From positions 62,001 to 126,000 of the forward strand of contig DF237045.1 in NCBI GenBank assembly GCA_000708835.1: a stretch of DNA of 64,000 bases, written 5' to 3'. The notes beneath the pieces were generated by a model that saw only the letters and a list, made by a program, of their open reading frames with translations, was not told the DNA's origin and did no database searches. The stretch comes from Klebsormidium nitens. Taxonomy: Eukaryota > Plantae > Klebsormidiophyceae. The translations under genes were made by a program, and so were the position numbers. Positions 58,626-64,000 of this stretch are shown one piece after another; within the stretch, counting starts at the first letter, position 1; each line of letters begins with the position of its first letter.

Positions 58626-60710
58626 CAATCTAGTCATGTAGCGCAGACATCAATGCTTTAGCTATTACCTCTTAAAAGGCATATTGTAGTTCTCATATTG
58701 TTTTGAAAGAGTTTTGGAAGGATAATACAAATACGCTTTATAAGTATGGTGGTAACCTCTTAGCATAAAATTCGAGCAGCCTATATTGATTCCAATCGGT
58801 CGCCGTTCTCCAATCTCTCTCTCTTGCGAGTTGTGGTATTGAGTTTCGAATCTGGTACGTAAGTTGGCATGTTCTGCTTTTAGCATATGATGGGCGCGGC
58901 CTCAATGATAGTGGCCCCAAATTGAGTGTAGATCAGGCTGGATTGAACGGCCCATGACGTCATGGTTCATGGAGTCATGCCGCCAATGAGTACGTTGGCC
59001 ACGCGCCACCAGGTGTGTATATATCGATCATTGCATCAATCCAGCTTATGATCGTAGACTTTCTCGATCATGGTAGACGTTGATGGACGTTCTGAGCGGA
59101 CAGCCGGACTGCATGCATGCCTCTGAGTGCAGATAATCATATACTGTATGCATGCATCATTGGCAACGGTTATCGTCTTCAGTGCGACTGATTTTAAGCT
59201 CTCAGTTCTTGTTGTCGGACTTGTCACTACCGTCCTCTTGATTTATATACAGAGCTTGGCTCAATATGATCTGAAGTCCGCGATCCGATCGTTTCGAATT
59301 GTTTAGGTGTAATTCCCGGTGTAATTAGTGCATGGGCAAGCTGTTGTCAGACTAGCTGGGTTTGGTTACTAATCAGCGTACGCAATTTGATCTGTCAAAG
59401 TACCTAGCTAGACGTTGGAACTCAAATTACCTCGATTCCCAAGGATCGAAGCCATGCCATGGAAGCAGCTTAGTCCTGCCTTAGTATGGTCCAGACTCCA
59501 TGTGGCTACGACGTTTGAAAAGAGAACATCAATGCCGCGGCCGCCGCCTGTCTCGGTAACCACGCGGCCGCCCGGCTGCGGCGCCTTGTATATTCAAATT
59601 CAAAAACTTGAAAGCCGATCGGACGGTTTCAATTGTATCGCGAATCAATTGAGTCATCAACGGTTTTGAAAAGCTTGCGCACTCCAGCGAGGAGAAATCA
59701 GACCAACGCAGAAATATCCATGCGGCTAGATTGTCACATGATTTTAGCCGAGCGTAACGATGGCTGCAGATTGATATTGAAAGAATCTGACAATAGGCGC
59801 CTGCGCACCGTTTAAAAGGCCATCGACTGCATCTCTGCCGTCGAAAATGCACAATTCCCGTTGACAATCCGATTCGATTGAGGGGAGCGTTACATGCTGG
59901 AATTTGTGTGGAAATGAAGTGCGCTGGCACGGCACGCCATTTTCTGACCAAATTTGTGGTCGATCTGCGCAACTTTGAAAGGAAGGGTCGCCTCGTTTCG
60001 TAAACTGGTTTCCAGGCTTCAGCTCTAGCCTAGGGAGGAAGCACTGGCAGAGGGCGGACAAGGAGAATGGTTCTTTTCGGGACCCTGAGTTGGAAGGTGC
60101 CTTTCCTGACGTGTGAAGCTTGACCAGAGCTCCACGTGCAGATGGCAAGATTGTAACCATCAGATGAATAGGTGCCAAGCATCGAACGGTGTGCATCTCC
60201 TCGTCGGCCCTCATGGTTCTGGGTCAGACTTCGGGTTTGGCTACTGCAACTTCATTTTGAACTCGGAGAGGATCCAGTGGGGCAAAGCATCTTGCAAAGT
60301 GTTATTGAAAACATAGCGTTTTTAAGCCGGATGGTTTGACACACGAGATCTACAGATCCCGGTAACTGTGACCCCAAATCACTAAAGGCACCTTCAAACA
60401 GCCCCCGGGCTCAGGGCCACCAAAAGAATCATTCTCCTTGTCCCCCCTGGCAGAGCTAGAGGGGTCAGAGGACGCTAGGTACAGCCAGCTCATAGCGTAG
60501 GTCCATAGCTCGTTGAGCCCTTGAAAGGTTGCTGTGCAAGGGGTTGTTTGCTGGTTCTCGAGTCGGGAGCGCAGAGAAAGTGGTGCATTGCTGCCGACAT
60601 TGTGGAAGGAGACTTGCCACATTCTGCGCTGCTTGACAACTTCGGTCGCTTGAGGACGCTATAGCTTGTTTGTGCTCAAGACTTACCGAAGGAGGCAGCA
60701 TTTTGCCCCA

Positions 60711-63700
60711 ATGCAGTCGGTGGGGGATCATGGGCACGGAATGGGCCATGCATCACAACCTCTTAGGCCCAATTTTACTCAGGCCATTGCGAGCGGTCTG
60801 ATGCCGGTGCCGCAGCCAGAACAAGAGGTGCAAAAGAAGAAGAGGGGGCGGCCACGAAAGGATGCTACAGTTGATGGCTCTGTGCCGCTGTCGCCGGAAG
60901 TGCAGGGGCAGAAGCGCGGGAGAGGAAGGCCTCCGGGGTCAGGAAAGAAGCAGAAGGAGGCAATGGCAGCAGCTGGGGAGGGGGGATTGGGTAAGTTTCT
61001 CTACAGCCTTGCAAAGTGGCTCTCAAAGTCAGTGGAAGTTCCCTCTATTCTTGAAGTTAAGTCTTGAAACATCAGTTTGGTCACTGGACCTTGAGAAGGG
61101 CGAACTGGATCATCTGCATTGGTCAGTTGGTGGGAAGCCCACTGCGAGTGCAGTACGTACCTGCTTCCATCCATGTATAAACTATGCTGGACATTGTCGT
61201 TTCAGAATAACAAGCAGCATGCAAGGTCAAGTAGAACGCTCTTGTGGCATTGGTGGCACGTCTAGCAGTGTTGTATTAGGAAACAAAGTGACGTAGACAG
61301 TGCCTCACCTTTGAATGACCATACATTGCTGCACCAGTTGACAAAGCCACTCCTTGCCTTTGTTGCTGGAAGCGTCAGTAAAATACTCTCCATGCCTATG
61401 TCTGTGTTCCTGAGTTCTATGCCACTGGAATATTGCCCTTCCTGCAAGGCCAAAGAACCTTGGAAGTGATGCAGTGGATGCTCTGTGGATCGCTTTCGAA
61501 GCCGATTGAGTACTGTAGTAGAGCAGCTTGAACAAGCATGGTGTTGAATGATTTTTTGAAGGAAGGAGGGATATGTTGTTATGAAGGCACACACCAGAGG
61601 CTGAGCTCCATTTACCTTACTGATCAGGATAATAATTGTGTCAGTTCGTCCATCACTTCATGTCTTCTTTTGTGGGAACCTGGTCAATGAAACAATGAAA
61701 GAACAGCGGGTCGCCGTTCCTTCTTGTTACGCTGGGGCAGCGAATCTGAGATGAGACTTGCAGTTGCATTTTTGATGGCTGATCTAGAGGTAGGTAGTCT
61801 CACGCCGTAGTGTGCAGTCCTCACAGAATCATAAGAAGCTTTCGTAGAAAGACAAGCGGAGGCATCGTGCGGAATGCTTCAAGCTTACGAAGGACGACAG
61901 CAGTTACTTTATCTTCGATGCAAGCAGCAAATTAATTTGGGTACCCAAACCGTCATTCTCGCGGTTGACCCTGTAGCAAGTGCCGAAGGTGAGAGCTTTA
62001 AAAAAGTGCACCTGCAAGTGATGGCAGAATACCAGCAGGTCAGCAAGAAAGACAGCGCAGCTTGAAAGAACCTCAAATGCGTGTCCTTTCATTCTCCAGC
62101 GCCCCCTATTGGAATCCAAGAGAAGAAGGGCAGAGGCAGGCCTCCTACTACTGGAGCCGGTGCCGCAGGTGCGCACTCATGTGAATCATGCCCTTTCAAT
62201 CAGTATTAGTCCGCTGCTAAACTGCTTCTTCACATCTGCTGTTCCGGAGCAGCCCTGGCGGTACTATGCATGCATCTTCGATGTTGTGAGGAGAATTGAG
62301 CTTGGAAGTGAAGAATTGCCTGAAACTGAGCGTCATCCGCTTCCTGTGTTGCAGGGAATGTGCCAGGGATCACGCCACAGGTCATTAGCGTGGTAGCCGG
62401 AGAGGTGAGTTTTACTCCTTTGTCATGTACCGGTCGTTGAGGCCAAAATTGCTTTCTTCTGTTGTTACTGTATATTAGTAATTCCACGGATGTTGGCAAT
62501 CCCTTTCCTTGTTCTATGTTGTGAGCTTTAGTGTTGTGCTTCTTCGCTTGAAAGCACTGGGCGCAAATGTTCAACCCCACTGTCCTTCTCATGGTTTTTT
62601 TGCTGCTCCAGGATGTAAACGCAAAGGTTTTGAGCTTCCCGATGCCAACCACGCGAGCGATGGTCATTTTGTCTGCTAGTGGGACCCTATCAGCTATGCA
62701 TATGAAGCAGTCCAATGCAGCGGGTGGCGTTCTGGCACTGGAGGTGAGTCCTGAAGGGCGCAGACGGCCTGCAATTTTGGAGATTGCTTGCAATTCATCA
62801 CTAGGACATCGCAATGAGGTTTGAGGTACTCTTGACCTGGGACTGGAAGTCAGCATTCTTATTTGCGGCATTGAGCCTGCATCTGTCAATTCTCCTCCCA
62901 CCCCTTGAGAAAGTCCCTCCAACAATCTATCAAGGTGACGTGCTCATCTTCCTTTCCAAATTTCCCAATCCTGCACCATGGCATCTCTTCCTCCACCATA
63001 GCCTCAGCAGGTCGTACTCATCAATCGAAGATAGTGTTGACAAATTCCTTCGGCTCCCTCACTCCAGATTCTCCTATGTGCAGGGAAGCTTCGACATCCT
63101 TTCCCTGTCAGGGAGCTTCCTCTCTACCGACGGAGGCCGGCAAAGATTGGGCAGCCTGAGCATCTGCGTGTCTGCACCGGACGGCCGCGTGATCGGTGGC
63201 GTAGTCGCGGGAACTCTGAAAGCGGTGACCCCGGTCCAGGTATGCAAAGCTTCTGATCAGGCGGTACGCGCATTCACAGCCAGGGTGTCTATCTTTTTTC
63301 GCGAGATTACAATCTGGTTAACCGAATGTGGACCATGAAAACCAGGGATCCCTGACTTAGGGAGCATGCCAGGCTACTTGATTGGTGTGCAAGCAGCGAT
63401 CTTTGTGCGCCAAGCTTTTCAACGTTTCTTGGTGATCTGGCGCTTTGCAAGCACCAACTTCTGCCCTCTCAAATCCTGGAGACTGCAATCTTTGAAAAGG
63501 CTGGCTTTGCTGACCTTTGAAAGGTGTCCTCCCCGCGTAAGGGCACTGTAGTCTTGTTAGGATCTGGTCGAATTTGGTACGCTGAGTTATAGACGGGTCA
63601 GCCACATGGGTTCCAATTGGGTTCCAAACGAAACACGTGAGCATGGAGTTCGAGTAGTCTGGTAATCTGTTAGTTGTCCCCACAATGGAAACCTGATGTC

Positions 63701-63888
63701 GTTTGTAGGTTCTGGTCGGCACCTTCCCCGCAACTGGAGCCAAAGTTAGGAAGCCTCGGGCTCCAAAGCAACCGAAGCCGGCAGCGGCGGGAGCTCCCAC
63801 CGGACTAATGGCCGCTGCAATGTCTCCAGTCCACGCTCAAATCCCCAACCATGGAACAGGCGGGACTGGTATCGAGCTCAACTCATGA
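60711..63888 (+). CDS. AT-hook motif nuclear-localised (AHL) protein with PPC/DUF296 domain, about 288 aa, 6 exons
   Basis: Exons 60711-60990, 62100-62168, 62355-62404, 62612-62743, 63084-63239, 63709-63888 (867 nt, in frame). AT-hooks KKKRGRPRK, KRGRGRPPGSGKK, KKGRGRPP. PPC motifs ITPQVISVVAGEDV, ILSASGTLS, GSFDILSLSGSF, PDGRVIGGVVAGTLKAVTPVQVLVGTF. The start codon is less certain. Confidence 0.88.
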
Positions 63889-64000
63889 TTTGTTCATTTC
63901 TGTGGCAACTTACAGTTCTTTGACAAGCTTTAGCCTTGACAGATGCTCATTGAAGATATGCACAATAGGAACCAATGATAGTGTGACTACTGAGCTGGTT

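Noticed and set aside
1-64000. tRNA, rRNA or other structured RNA genes
   Set aside because: No cloverleaf, rRNA or snRNA consensus was recognised by eye. A covariance-model scan (Infernal/Rfam, tRNAscan-SE) would be needed to exclude them.

Overview
Intron-rich eukaryotic nuclear DNA from a streptophyte plant lineage. The gene set (group I WRKY, AHL, plastid-targeted HisC) and the intron style fit a charophyte alga such as Klebsormidium, which is inference. Seven protein-coding genes were reconstructed by hand from splice sites and reading-frame continuity: PARP1 (-, 18 exons), histidinol-phosphate aminotransferase (+, 8 exons), a GET2/CAML-like ER insertase (-, 1 exon), DDI1 (-, 11 exons, one GC-AG intron), a membrane-anchored lamin-tail-domain + EEP pseudo-nuclease (+, 10 exons), a two-domain WRKY (+, 5 exons) and an AT-hook/PPC protein (+, 6 exons). 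The first ~6.5 kb has no recognisable host gene and holds duplicated and transposon-like debris. The most striking unexplained structure is 'exon echoes': introns of three unrelated genes carry tandem degenerate copies of the adjacent splice site plus exon end, up to six per intron. Several copies differ from the real exon almost only at synonymous positions, and two retain phase-compatible splice sites. One of these could shorten the PARP1 autoinhibitory helical domain.
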